Source: an uncultured delta proteobacterium (GTDB taxonomy: Bacteria; Desulfobacterota; BSN033; UBA1163). Taken from it: a stretch of DNA of 64,000 bases. Below, piece by piece: positions 19,819 through 28,810 of the stretch. Below the pieces are notes generated by a model. It did no database searches, was not told the DNA's origin, and saw only the letters and a list, made by a program, of their open reading frames with translations. A program made the position numbers and the translations under genes. The DNA lies in contig CAWHBU010000003.1 of NCBI GenBank assembly GCA_963827685.1, positions 704,001 to 768,000 on the forward strand. The letters run 5' to 3'. Position 1 is the stretch's first letter, and each line of letters begins with the position of its first letter.

Positions 19819-20124
19819 ATGAAAGAAAGATTCAAAAGGATCCAAATTCTTCTGGTTATAGCAATTTCTCTCTTTATTCTGGCGCTTCCGGCTTATCTCC
19901 GTTGCACCATGCTGTCACAAATTAAATTTGTTTCTTCCGATTTGAGCTTTGAGAATCCGGATCAAGAAGAGGGGCTGCCTGATAATGGGAAGGGATTGAA
20001 GGTACTCGGGCCAACTGCCCTCTTCATTATATTCCCTTTGGGCGCCAATCTCTTCGAGCAGTCTTCGCATTTGTTTTCCCACACACTTTCTCTCCGTCAA
20101 AAAACCTTCGTTCTTCGTTGTTAA
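19819..20124 (+). CDS. Hypothetical protein with N-terminal TM/signal
   Basis: Basic N-terminus plus hydrophobic helix; ends VLRC. Confidence 0.55.
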   Translation: MKERFKRIQILLVIAISLFILALPAYLRCTMLSQIKFVSSDLSFENPDQEEGLPDNGKGLKVLGPTALFIIFPLGANLFEQSSHLFSHTLSLRQKTFVLRC

Positions 20125-20236
20125 GAAAACACAGCTGCTTCATTTCTTCATTCCCTTTTATCTCCACTGCTACACTCTATAGAATCTTTGGGGTTATATG
20201 TAATGCCACACTTGATTTTTATAGAGGAGGCTATTA

Positions 20237-20701
20237 ATGACAACAAAACTTTTTACTACCTGGAAACGACGAGCAAACCGACTCAAAATGGAGGCCTACG
20301 CCATTTACCTGGCTTACAAGGATCCCCGAGTTCCCTGGTATGCCAAGATTCTTATTGTTTGCATCATTGGATATGCCTTTAGTCCCATAGACAAGGTCCT
20401 AAATTCCATCCCTATCATAGGGTATGTGGATCATCTTATCCTGGTCCCACTGGGTGTTGTCTTGGTATTCAAAAAGATGATTCCGTCAGCGGTTTTGACT
20501 AATTGTCGAGAAATAGCCATGAATCGAAAGAAACCTATAAACTGGGTTGACGGTTCCATCACCGTTTTCATCTTGTTGCTCTTCGTATCGTTGGCAATCG
20601 TTTCCACAATATGGACTATGAAAGATTGGAATCTGGTTCTCGTGCAGTGGTTCAGGTGGTTTACACGAACGGTAATAATTTCAGAATCACATTCTCGTTA
20701 G
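20237..20701 (+). CDS. YkvA/DUF1232 family membrane protein
   Basis: DPRVPWYAK....GYAFSPID..IPIIGYVD; GAGGAGG RBS. Confidence 0.85.
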   Translation: MTTKLFTTWKRRANRLKMEAYAIYLAYKDPRVPWYAKILIVCIIGYAFSPIDKVLNSIPIIGYVDHLILVPLGVVLVFKKMIPSAVLTNCREIAMNRKKPINWVDGSITVFILLLFVSLAIVSTIWTMKDWNLVLVQWFRWFTRTVIISESHSR

Positions 20702-20737
20702 TGAAGATGTAATATAACAGCGATAAGGAGAGGAAAA

Positions 20738-20929
20738 ATGGAAAAGAAATCATCTGAGAAAACCAAACTTAAAATCAAGAAGGTTCGATTCAATTTGAAT
20801 ACGCCTAAAACTGAAAAGGTATCCTTGGCAGGAGATTTAAACGGTTGTGTGTTGGTCATTCCAGAAATCCCCGGGATGAACGAGCACATCACGCTTTATC
20901 AAGGAAGGTTTCCCGGGTATCACCTTTGA
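20738..20929 (+). pseudogene. N-terminal fragment of a glycogen-binding (CBM48/AMPK-like) protein
   Basis: KKVRFNLNTP..EKVSLAGDLNG, after which similarity is lost. Confidence 0.5.
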
Positions 20930-20999
20930 GCCTTATATGTGGGGAAAAAAAAGGCAAGTTCATCGGAACCAAAAAGAATCCAAAAAAAAGGAGAAAACC

Positions 21000-21254
21000 A
21001 TGCTTATTTATGTTTGGAACCTACCCCCTAATGTACCAGAGGATTTTTTTCGCCAGACCTTTGAGGCTTTCGGAAAGGTAAGCTTTGCAACAATCTCATC
21101 AATAATTCTAAAGGACAGATATGATGGTCAGTCACGAGGATTTGCTTTTGTAGAAATGCCTAATCAGGCTGAGGCGCGAGCGGCAATTCAGAACCTTAAC
21201 AGAAAGGCCCTCCTTGGCCGGCAGATGATTGTCTACGGATCATCTGAAAATTGA
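21000..21254 (+). CDS. RRM (RNP-1) RNA-binding protein, somewhat degenerate
   Basis: IYVWNLP (RNP2-like) and SRGFAFVEM (RNP1). Confidence 0.85.
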   Translation: MLIYVWNLPPNVPEDFFRQTFEAFGKVSFATISSIILKDRYDGQSRGFAFVEMPNQAEARAAIQNLNRKALLGRQMIVYGSSEN

Positions 21255-21309
21255 CCAGAAAATTAACTTATAGAGCTGTGGCAGAAAGGGAATAAAAGGA
21301 GAAACCACC

Positions 21310-21486
21310 ATGAAAACAAAAGATGGGGATACAGTAAAAAGTTTTTTGAATGGCAATGACTATAAGGTTAAAAGAATTGTGAACAGCATGGTTGTCCTTG
21401 AATCTGAAGATGGGCAAACCCAAATTTTAACAGAGGTTGAGAATTTGAATTTATTTTATAAGAAAAAGGAGAGTATTAAAGTATGA
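21310..21486 (+). CDS. 58-aa hypothetical protein, not in the ORF track
   Basis: AAAGGAG RBS; MKTKDGDTVKSFLNGNDYKVKRIVNSMVVLESEDGQTQILTEVENLNLFY suggests a small beta-barrel. Confidence 0.7.
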   Translation: MKTKDGDTVKSFLNGNDYKVKRIVNSMVVLESEDGQTQILTEVENLNLFYKKKESIKV

Positions 21487-21534
21487 ATCAAGACGTTATC
21501 ATCCCTTTTCGCTACAGCTTTTTCTCTTTAATTA

Positions 21535-21875
21535 AACTACCCTCGCCTTCAAGGCGAGCGGTTTGAAATAACAGGTCGGCTTGAAGTCGACCTTGCCCGT
21601 CCTCCTTCTTTCGTCCGTCATTCCTGCGCAAGCAGGAATCCAGGGTTTCCTGTAGAAACAGGAATCAAGTTCTTATTGGTTCCCTGCCTCGCAGTGGCAG
21701 CGTCCTGGATTCCCGTTTTCACGGGAATGACAATGGTGATGCTATATTGTTCAGAGGCTCATGGTCGGCTTCATCTCAATCCCATGAAGAATATGTCACC
21801 AAGGCTGGCCGACCATTTGGCAAAATCTTTACTTCGCCTGAAGGCGAGGGGTTTCCACCATCCCCGATGGTGACA
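21535..21875. mobile_element. Non-autonomous IS200/IS605-like relic with nested REP hairpins
   Basis: End hairpins CTCGCCTTCAAGGCGAG and TTCGCCTGAAGGCGAG; inner GTCATTCC..GGAATCCAG / CTGGATTCCC..GGGAATGAC. Confidence 0.5.
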
Positions 21876-22162
21876 CTGAGAATAAAGGGCAAAGCGCCCG
21901 CCTACAATAGACATTTTCGGTAGGCAGGCACAGTGCAAGGTTGAGGGAAGCATCACCCTCTTCATGAAAGCCTGAACAAGCAGCATCTTCATTTTTCCAC
22001 CAAGTCCATCGATGTTTCTACATTTGATCAAGTCTAACCTGCTACATTATAAACAACATTTTTTATTGATGGGGTTCTGAGATTGATATTCTTTCATTTA
22101 ATCCGGAAGCCTCTACGAAAATTTGGCTTGACATCTTTGAGTGAAATAGCGAAGGTGTTTCT

Positions 22163-23773
22163 ATGTCTTCATGGCTCGTTCGGGGTGCACTGGTGATCGA
22201 TGGCTCGAATAGAGAGCCCTTCCGGGGAGATATTGCCGTTGAGAATGGAATGATCACAGAGGTCTCACCGTCTATAAAAGGTGGAGGAAGAGCGGTTATT
22301 GAAGCGGATGGACTCGTGGCCGCCCCAGGTTTTATTGATATCCACTCCCATACCGATCTCACCATCTTCAAACACCCCCTTGCCGAAAGCAAGGCATTGC
22401 AGGGAGTGACGACCGAGGTGATCGGCAATTGTGGAATCGGTGCCTTTCCCGTGAATGATGAGCGAAGGGCTGTTCTTATCGACTACCTGAAAATCCATGA
22501 ATTTCATCTCCCTTCCGATGGGTTAAGCTGGAATAATTTCACCCAATATGCAGACCAATTGGACCGCATCGGTCTCGGACTAAATTTAGTCCCCTTAGTG
22601 GCCCATGGGGCACTCCGCATCGCCATTTTAGGCGTGGAGGATCGCATCCCCAGTGACAAAGAACTTGAAAAGATGAAGAACCTCTTGAAAGATTCCCTCG
22701 AGCAGGGAGCCTGGGGACTCTCCACAGGCTTGATCTATCCGCCGGGAAGTTTTGCGAAGACAGAAGAACTGGTGGTCCTCGCTAAAATCGTCGCCGGTTG
22801 TGGAGCCCTCTACACCAGCCACATCCGAGGCGAAGGGGTTACACTCATGGAGGCTCTGGACGAAGCCATTCGCATCGGAAAAAAGAGTGGTGTCAGAGTG
22901 GAAGTCTCTCATTTAAAGGCGTTGGGGAAAGACAATTGGGGCCGGGGTAAGGAAGCCCTTTTAAAATTAGAAAAAGCGCGTCGGGGCGGGGTGGATATCG
23001 CCGCCGACCAATATCCCTATGAAGCGACAAGCACTTCATTGACCGCTTTGGTTCCCCCATGGGCTCATGCGAGTGGTGTCAGTAAACTTATAAAGAGGCT
23101 CGCTTCTCCTGAAACGACAAAACGACTTCAGGGGGAGATTCTTCATGAAATCGACCAACGAGGCGGTCCGAGTCGGATTGTCATTGCCGGAATAGGCTCG
23201 GTAAAGAATATCGGTCTCTCCGGAAAAAATGTTAGCCAGATCGCTGAACTCTGGAATTGCGCACCGGAAATAGCAGTGATGCGACTTCTCCTGGAGGAAA
23301 AGGCAGCCGTGGGAGCGGTCTATTTCTCATTATCGGATGAAGATGTGGCTGCCATCCTCTCCAGCGATCAGGTGTCCGTCGGTTCGGATGGGATGGGGAT
23401 GAATGCAGAAAAAGATTTCGGAAAATCAACCCATCCTCGCTCTTACGGAACATTTCCCAGAATACTGGGCGTCTATGCACGGGAAAAGGGAACCCTCTCC
23501 ATGGCAAAAGCCATTCATAAAATGACAGGACTGGTTGCCGGCCGAGTGGGTTTAAAAAACCGCGGCTTCATCAAACCGGGATTTACGGCTGATCTGGTCT
23601 TGTTCGATCCCCTCACGATTCAAGACCAATCGACCTTTGATCATCCCCATCAATACGCTACTGGCGTGGTCTACACATGGGTCAACGGTTGCCCTATTGT
23701 TCAAGAGGGAATCATCACAGGGAATACCCCGGGAAGGGTTTTGCGGAAAAGAGGGGTTTCATCCCATTCATGA
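22163..23773 (+). CDS. N-acyl-D-amino-acid deacylase (D-aminoacylase)
   Basis: PGFIDIHSHTD, GNCG, STGLIYPPG, SHIR, SHLK, HPRSYGTFPR. Confidence 0.93.
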   Translation: MSSWLVRGALVIDGSNREPFRGDIAVENGMITEVSPSIKGGGRAVIEADGLVAAPGFIDIHSHTDLTIFKHPLAESKALQGVTTEVIGNCGIGAFPVNDERRAVLIDYLKIHEFHLPSDGLSWNNFTQYADQLDRIGLGLNLVPLVAHGALRIAILGVEDRIPSDKELEKMKNLLKDSLEQGAWGLSTGLIYPPGSFAKTEELVVLAKIVAGCGALYTSHIRGEGVTLMEALDEAIRIGKKSGVRVEVSHLKALGKDNWGRGKEALLKLEKARRGGVDIAADQYPYEATSTSLTALVPPWAHASGVSKLIKRLASPETTKRLQGEILHEIDQRGGPSRIVIAGIGSVKNIGLSGKNVSQIAELWNCAPEIAVMRLLLEEKAAVGAVYFSLSDEDVAAILSSDQVSVGSDGMGMNAEKDFGKSTHPRSYGTFPRILGVYAREKGTLSMAKAIHKMTGLVAGRVGLKNRGFIKPGFTADLVLFDPLTIQDQSTFDHPHQYATGVVYTWVNGCPIVQEGIITGNTPGRVLRKRGVSSHS

Positions 23774-24019
23774 AAGCTTGTTTGATGGAGCCTCACGGGC
23801 AAGCCCGTGCTTGCGCGCCGAAGTGGGCTTCAGCACGCAGGCGTGGTCCCAAGATACCATACCCACCTACGCCAAGGCTTCGGCGGGCCATCCGCCGGTG
23901 AGCGAAATCCGCCGAAGCAAAGTAGATCCACGGCTGACAGAGTTGGCATTCACAGTTAAGCCTTCCTCTATGGCCATGGCTGTGGTCTCTGCATAGGCGG
24001 ATGAAAGGAGGATGACCCG

Positions 24020-25330
24020 ATGGGAGCAGAAGTTGGATTCAATGTATGGTGGGGCTTACTGGGCCTTTTACCCCTCGTGGTTTATATCATCCTCGTCTTC
24101 CGGGATGTGGATCCCCTTCCAGCCACAGCGATTTGCGTCTTGATCGGAGCGATCCTGACGCACCAGAGCCTCATTTCCTTTGGTGAGGTCTTGGCCAAGG
24201 CGATGGGTTCTTTTCTGGCATTGGTTGGTTTGATTATCATGCTTGGCCGCGGGCTGGGGGAAGTCCTGACGGAAACCAAGGTCAGTCACACCCTTGTCCA
24301 TAAGATTATTTTTGGAATCGGGATCGATACCGAAAAGAAGGCCATGCTTGGAACCATGTTAGCCTGTATGGTTGTCATCGGTCTCTTGGGGACGATGGCA
24401 GGAGGTAATGCGATTCTTGCTCCGATCGTCTTGCCCATTGCCGCTTCCGTGGGATTGTCGCGGAGCACGGTGGCCGTTATCTTTCAAGCCGTGGGAGAGG
24501 AGGCTTTGATCCTCGGACCTTTTACACCCCCGGTCGTTACCCTTCTCGGTTTAACCAAAATTGGCTATGGCGAGATGATATTATTTGCTGCCGGGCCTAT
24601 TGCCCTGATCACATTGACTGCCACCTGGTTCATGCTCCAGAGGATCCAACGGCGAACAAAAGAGATCAACCCCTATGAACGTTTAGAGGGCGTAGAACGG
24701 TTTGTCCCAACCCCCCGGAGCAAGCGAGCGACGAAAACCTTTGCCGTTCTCTTCCTTGCGGCAGTCACTTACGGGATCATCGTTAAAGCGGCAACCTCTT
24801 ATGTGATCATTGTCATGCTGGGACTTGCCGTGATTACCGGCCTGGTGGGCGGATTAAAGTTTGATCATATTCTTAAACTGATCGTCAAAGGGATGGCTGG
24901 AAATGTGGGGCTCTTCTTTCTCTTCGTGATCCTTGACCCCTTCATCAATTTTATAGAGCTTGCCGGAGGTTTTAAGGCCCTGACAGTCATTCTTAAACCT
25001 TTGGTCGATCTCGGGGGAAAGACAGTCGTCGTTATCCTGGGGGGCCTCATTGGGGCTTTTGGTATTTCAGGAGCCACGGTGGCAACGCTCAATGTGCTCC
25101 ATTCCATGTTTAACCCATTGCTGAACAAGCTGGGTGTTTCGATGCTGGCCTGGTCCGTGGCACTGATCGTCGCGACAAGAGTGAGCAATTTCATTTACCC
25201 GGGGGCCAACATGTTCAGCTCCTTGGGATTTGCCGGGACGAAAGATATCAAATCCATGTTAAAAAACGGTTGGGTCGTCGCTGCTTGCCAAACCCTTTTC
25301 TTGGTGATCTATAGCTTACTTTTTGCATGA
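24020..25330 (+). CDS. Multi-pass permease (IT superfamily; GntP/NhaC/DctM-like)
   Basis: About 12 hydrophobic segments; AAAGGAGG RBS; downstream of the deacylase. Confidence 0.75.
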   Translation: MGAEVGFNVWWGLLGLLPLVVYIILVFRDVDPLPATAICVLIGAILTHQSLISFGEVLAKAMGSFLALVGLIIMLGRGLGEVLTETKVSHTLVHKIIFGIGIDTEKKAMLGTMLACMVVIGLLGTMAGGNAILAPIVLPIAASVGLSRSTVAVIFQAVGEEALILGPFTPPVVTLLGLTKIGYGEMILFAAGPIALITLTATWFMLQRIQRRTKEINPYERLEGVERFVPTPRSKRATKTFAVLFLAAVTYGIIVKAATSYVIIVMLGLAVITGLVGGLKFDHILKLIVKGMAGNVGLFFLFVILDPFINFIELAGGFKALTVILKPLVDLGGKTVVVILGGLIGAFGISGATVATLNVLHSMFNPLLNKLGVSMLAWSVALIVATRVSNFIYPGANMFSSLGFAGTKDIKSMLKNGWVVAACQTLFLVIYSLLFA

Positions 25331-25719
25331 ATGAGGACTTCAGAAACGGGACAAAGAGGGCAGGAAAAACCTCTTACTGATCGTGGATGCAAAAAAGGAC
25401 TTGGTGCCAGGCATCAGTAATAGAAATAGCCGATAAGGTCTTCGACAAACTTTCTTTCTAAACGGGCTCTGAACTGGCCTCTTGCGACTCCCAAGATTTT
25501 TTTGAACTACTTCCATGATAGCCAGCCAATCCCCTTTGGCCGGAACGTGACCCACAAGCCCCGCCTTGAAGGCGGGATCAGGGGGGAACCATATGAATGT
25601 AATACCTTGCTGGGAAGCCCAGCCCTGCGGACGGGGAGCTTCATAACAGACGGCCGATGTCCATAGGAGGCTTGAAGAGGCCGGGGGTGGTTAGTCCCTT
25701 GATAAGGTTCTGATTATAT

Positions 25720-25900
25720 CGATATCTATGATAAGAACAAAATAGAACTCTTCGACGCTGTCCGGATGGTTAAGACAGTGGTATGCTGCCAGATCCAGAT
25801 ATCGAATCACCGGATCTCTGCGCAAGTCGTTGGTCGTCTTTAGGCTTACTGGAGCGATGAGTGCCCAGGCTTTTGCTTTGGCTGAGATCGAAGAGATCAA
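25720..25900 (-). pseudogene. Second, diverged copy of the nuclease-like fragment at 18410-18718
   Basis: TNDLRRDPVIRYLDLAAYHCLNHPDSVEEFYFVLIID aligns with the first copy. Confidence 0.65.
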
Positions 25901-25928
25901 TGCCGCCTGTTATGAAAAGGAGTTTGGG

Positions 25929-28256
25929 TTAAAGCTTCAATTGATAAACCCGGTACATTTTAATGCGTTTACCCCCCATCGTCTCAATCCTCTTGTTGAG
26001 CAGGTTGTTGTCTTCCCGTATCCATGAAAGCTCACCGCCCGTGTAACCGCGCGCTTTTGCTACCCGGAAGGATTCGAGATACAGGAGGGTCTCCAATCCC
26101 CGGCGCTGGAAAGCTCTGCGTACAGCCAATAAGGCAAACCGCAGGGTCTTGATTTGCTTGGAGTAGAAATAAAATTTCAACATGTCGGCAATACCCACGC
26201 GGCCGTCAAAGCGTTTGAGCACTTCATTATAGTCCGGCAAAATCATGGAGAAGGCCACTGGCTTCCCCTTGACCTCTACAAAATTCACCAGCTCTTTTTC
26301 AATCACAGGCCGGAGCTTAGTGATAAAATAGTGCAGGTCACCGGCGCTTAGAGGAGTAAAACCGAATTCCTGACTATTGGCATCGTTTAATATTCCCATC
26401 AGGGTATTCATTTCTTGGCGGAACCGGCTCATGTTCAGGTGCCGGATGACAATCCCTTCCTTTTTCTGGGCATGCTCGGATAGTTTCTCCAAACCCTCAG
26501 GAAAAGGTCCACGCGCATCCATCCAATAGGCATAGAAATCTTTCTCTTTCTCGAAACCATATTTCTCTAAAAATTCCGGATAATAAGCAGGATTGTACGG
26601 CATCATGATGGCCGGTGGATAATCAAACCCATCCACTAAGCAACCCATCCCGTCCAGCTGGGAAAAAGCCATCGGCCCACGCATGATTTTCATGTCTCGG
26701 TCTAACAACCATTGCTTGGCGGCATCTAAAAGCGCAACGGCGGCTCTGTAGTCCAGGCCTACCTCGAAAAAACCAAAGAAGCCCGCGCGCTCGTTATGAT
26801 ACCGGTTGGCACGATGATCAACGGCAGCCACAATCCGGCCTGCCATCTCGCTGCCTCGATAAGCCAAGAAAGCTTTCGCCTCGCCGTGGGCATAAAAAAT
26901 ATTTTCTTTACGGTCAAAAATCGTCTCCACATCCGTAATCATCGGTGGCACCCAATTGTGGTCTCGGGTGTAGATTTTCCAGGGCAGTTTCAAGAAATTC
27001 ATTTGATCGCTCTTTTCCTCACCGACTGTACGGATGTCGATCGGTGCTCCCGGAGCATTGGGTCCGATCAAACCCAATTCCGTTCCAATTTTTTTAAGCT
27101 TCTCCAAGGCATAGTCCAGTTCCTGGCGGGAATGCGTAGCCGTATAAGAAGTCCGCAGACTGGCCATCCCTGGCGGAACGGCTGGAGAAACCACCGGATT
27201 GACATAGACACCTTCTTTCTCAAGCATCTTGGCAAATTGAAAGGTTTTCAAATCATCGCCTACAAGGATGGGAATGATGGCGGATTTTGTAGCCGAGGTT
27301 CTAAATCCCATGCCCTGAATTTCTCTGAGCATGTAGCGCACATTTTCCCAAAGCTTTAGCCGGCGCTCCGGTTCTCGTTCCAGAATATTCAAGGCAGCCA
27401 AAGCGGTTGCCACGGCGGCGGGTGGAGGTGCAGCCTGGAACATAAAGGTGCGGGCATTATGCTTTAAGAACGAGATCACCTTTTCTTCGCCGGCGATAAA
27501 TCCACCCAGGCTGGCAAACGATTTTGAAAAAGTACCCATCACGAGATCAACCTTATCCAGCACACCCATTTCTTCGCAGGTACCGCGGCCGCCCTTGCCC
27601 AGAACACCCAGGCTATGTGCTTCATCCACCATGAGGCGGCATCCATATTTTTTGGCCAGAGGGACAATATGTTTCAAGTCCGCTAAATCGCCTTCCATGG
27701 AAAATACGCCATCGACCACAATGAGTCTGCCCACCTTCTTATCTTGAATATTCATCAAGATACGCTCCAGGTCTTCCATGTCGTTATGGCGAAATTTCAA
27801 AAGCTTTCCCAAAGCCATCCGGCAGCCGTCCAGGATCGAAGCATGGTTGGTGCGGTCTGAAATCACCACATCATTTTTTCCCACGATCGTCGAGATAACG
27901 CCCAGGTTGGTAGTAAATCCGGTACTGAATACTAAAGACGCTTCTTTCTTCATAAACCGACCCAGACGTTCTTCCAACTCCACATGCAAATCAATGGTCC
28001 CGTTTAGGAAACGGGAGCCCGTGCAGCCGGTCCCATACTTCTCAATGGCTTTGATGGCGGCCTCCCTCACTTCCGGATGCGAGGTAAGACCCAAATAATT
28101 GTTCGAGCCAATCATCACCGTTTTGCGGCCACTCATAATGACCGTTGTATCTACAGCTCCTTCATTGACACGAAAATAAGGATAGAGGCCGAGATTGATA
28201 ATTTTCTCAGCATCATGATAGTTATAGGCCTTGTCAAACAGATCCACCCTAATCAT
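25929..28256 (-). CDS. Fusion of serine palmitoyltransferase-like PLP enzyme and GNAT bacterial ceramide synthase-like domain
   Basis: N-half: GLYPYFR, GSNNYLGL, GTGCTGSRFLNGT, NHASI, VDEAHS, GTFSKS. C-half: LPWKIY..D.NWVPP, GFFGFFE, RGP, MPYNP.YY, ELSWI.EDN..MGG...K.YRVY. One continuous frame. Confidence 0.85.
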   Translation of the reverse strand: MIRVDLFDKAYNYHDAEKIINLGLYPYFRVNEGAVDTTVIMSGRKTVMIGSNNYLGLTSHPEVREAAIKAIEKYGTGCTGSRFLNGTIDLHVELEERLGRFMKKEASLVFSTGFTTNLGVISTIVGKNDVVISDRTNHASILDGCRMALGKLLKFRHNDMEDLERILMNIQDKKVGRLIVVDGVFSMEGDLADLKHIVPLAKKYGCRLMVDEAHSLGVLGKGGRGTCEEMGVLDKVDLVMGTFSKSFASLGGFIAGEEKVISFLKHNARTFMFQAAPPPAAVATALAALNILEREPERRLKLWENVRYMLREIQGMGFRTSATKSAIIPILVGDDLKTFQFAKMLEKEGVYVNPVVSPAVPPGMASLRTSYTATHSRQELDYALEKLKKIGTELGLIGPNAPGAPIDIRTVGEEKSDQMNFLKLPWKIYTRDHNWVPPMITDVETIFDRKENIFYAHGEAKAFLAYRGSEMAGRIVAAVDHRANRYHNERAGFFGFFEVGLDYRAAVALLDAAKQWLLDRDMKIMRGPMAFSQLDGMGCLVDGFDYPPAIMMPYNPAYYPEFLEKYGFEKEKDFYAYWMDARGPFPEGLEKLSEHAQKKEGIVIRHLNMSRFRQEMNTLMGILNDANSQEFGFTPLSAGDLHYFITKLRPVIEKELVNFVEVKGKPVAFSMILPDYNEVLKRFDGRVGIADMLKFYFYSKQIKTLRFALLAVRRAFQRRGLETLLYLESFRVAKARGYTGGELSWIREDNNLLNKRIETMGGKRIKMYRVYQLKL

Positions 28257-28810
28257 CCCTTTCCAAGAGTAATCCCGAAAGCCGGGTAAACATTGTGAGG
28301 AGGTGCTTCATCCCTCTAGCCAAATACAAACGAAGTCGGAATTTCGAACCTGAGACGAACCACCTATCAGCCATCTGCAGGGTACCTGGACATCGTACCC
28401 CGAAGTCATACCCCTTTTCCGCCCGCAACGAGCTGTGGAATATTTGGCGAAGGAGTATAAAGTAAGTTCAAATGCTTATTCAAATTACGACGCTGGCCAT
28501 TCGCAAACCATCTGCAATGATAAGAACCTGCTTTTAGGTGAGTTGAATATACAAAAAAGGGAGTTGTATGTCAAGAACGAAGGACCACAAGATATGAAGA
28601 AAGGCTTTAGGCCGGTATGGAAGATAATGACTGTCAAACGAAATCTTACATTGTGGTCGAAATCTGTCAGTCAACTTACTCGGGATTTCCTTTTGACTCT
28701 CCAATGCCATCTTCAGTAGACTCTGTTATAATTGCATTTAATAAATATCTCATAATTCGACACTTGATCTCAATAGGACCAATAGAACTTTCCGTTTTAA
28801 GGAGAAAAAG

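Noticed and set aside
25929-28256. Annotation as bioF or kbl
   Set aside because: No biotin or threonine-degradation genes nearby; SPT-like motifs and the fused bCerS-like GNAT domain favour sphingolipid synthesis.
28260-28810. Riboswitch or cerR remnant upstream of the SPT fusion
   Set aside because: No recognisable riboswitch consensus and no convincing translation on either strand.
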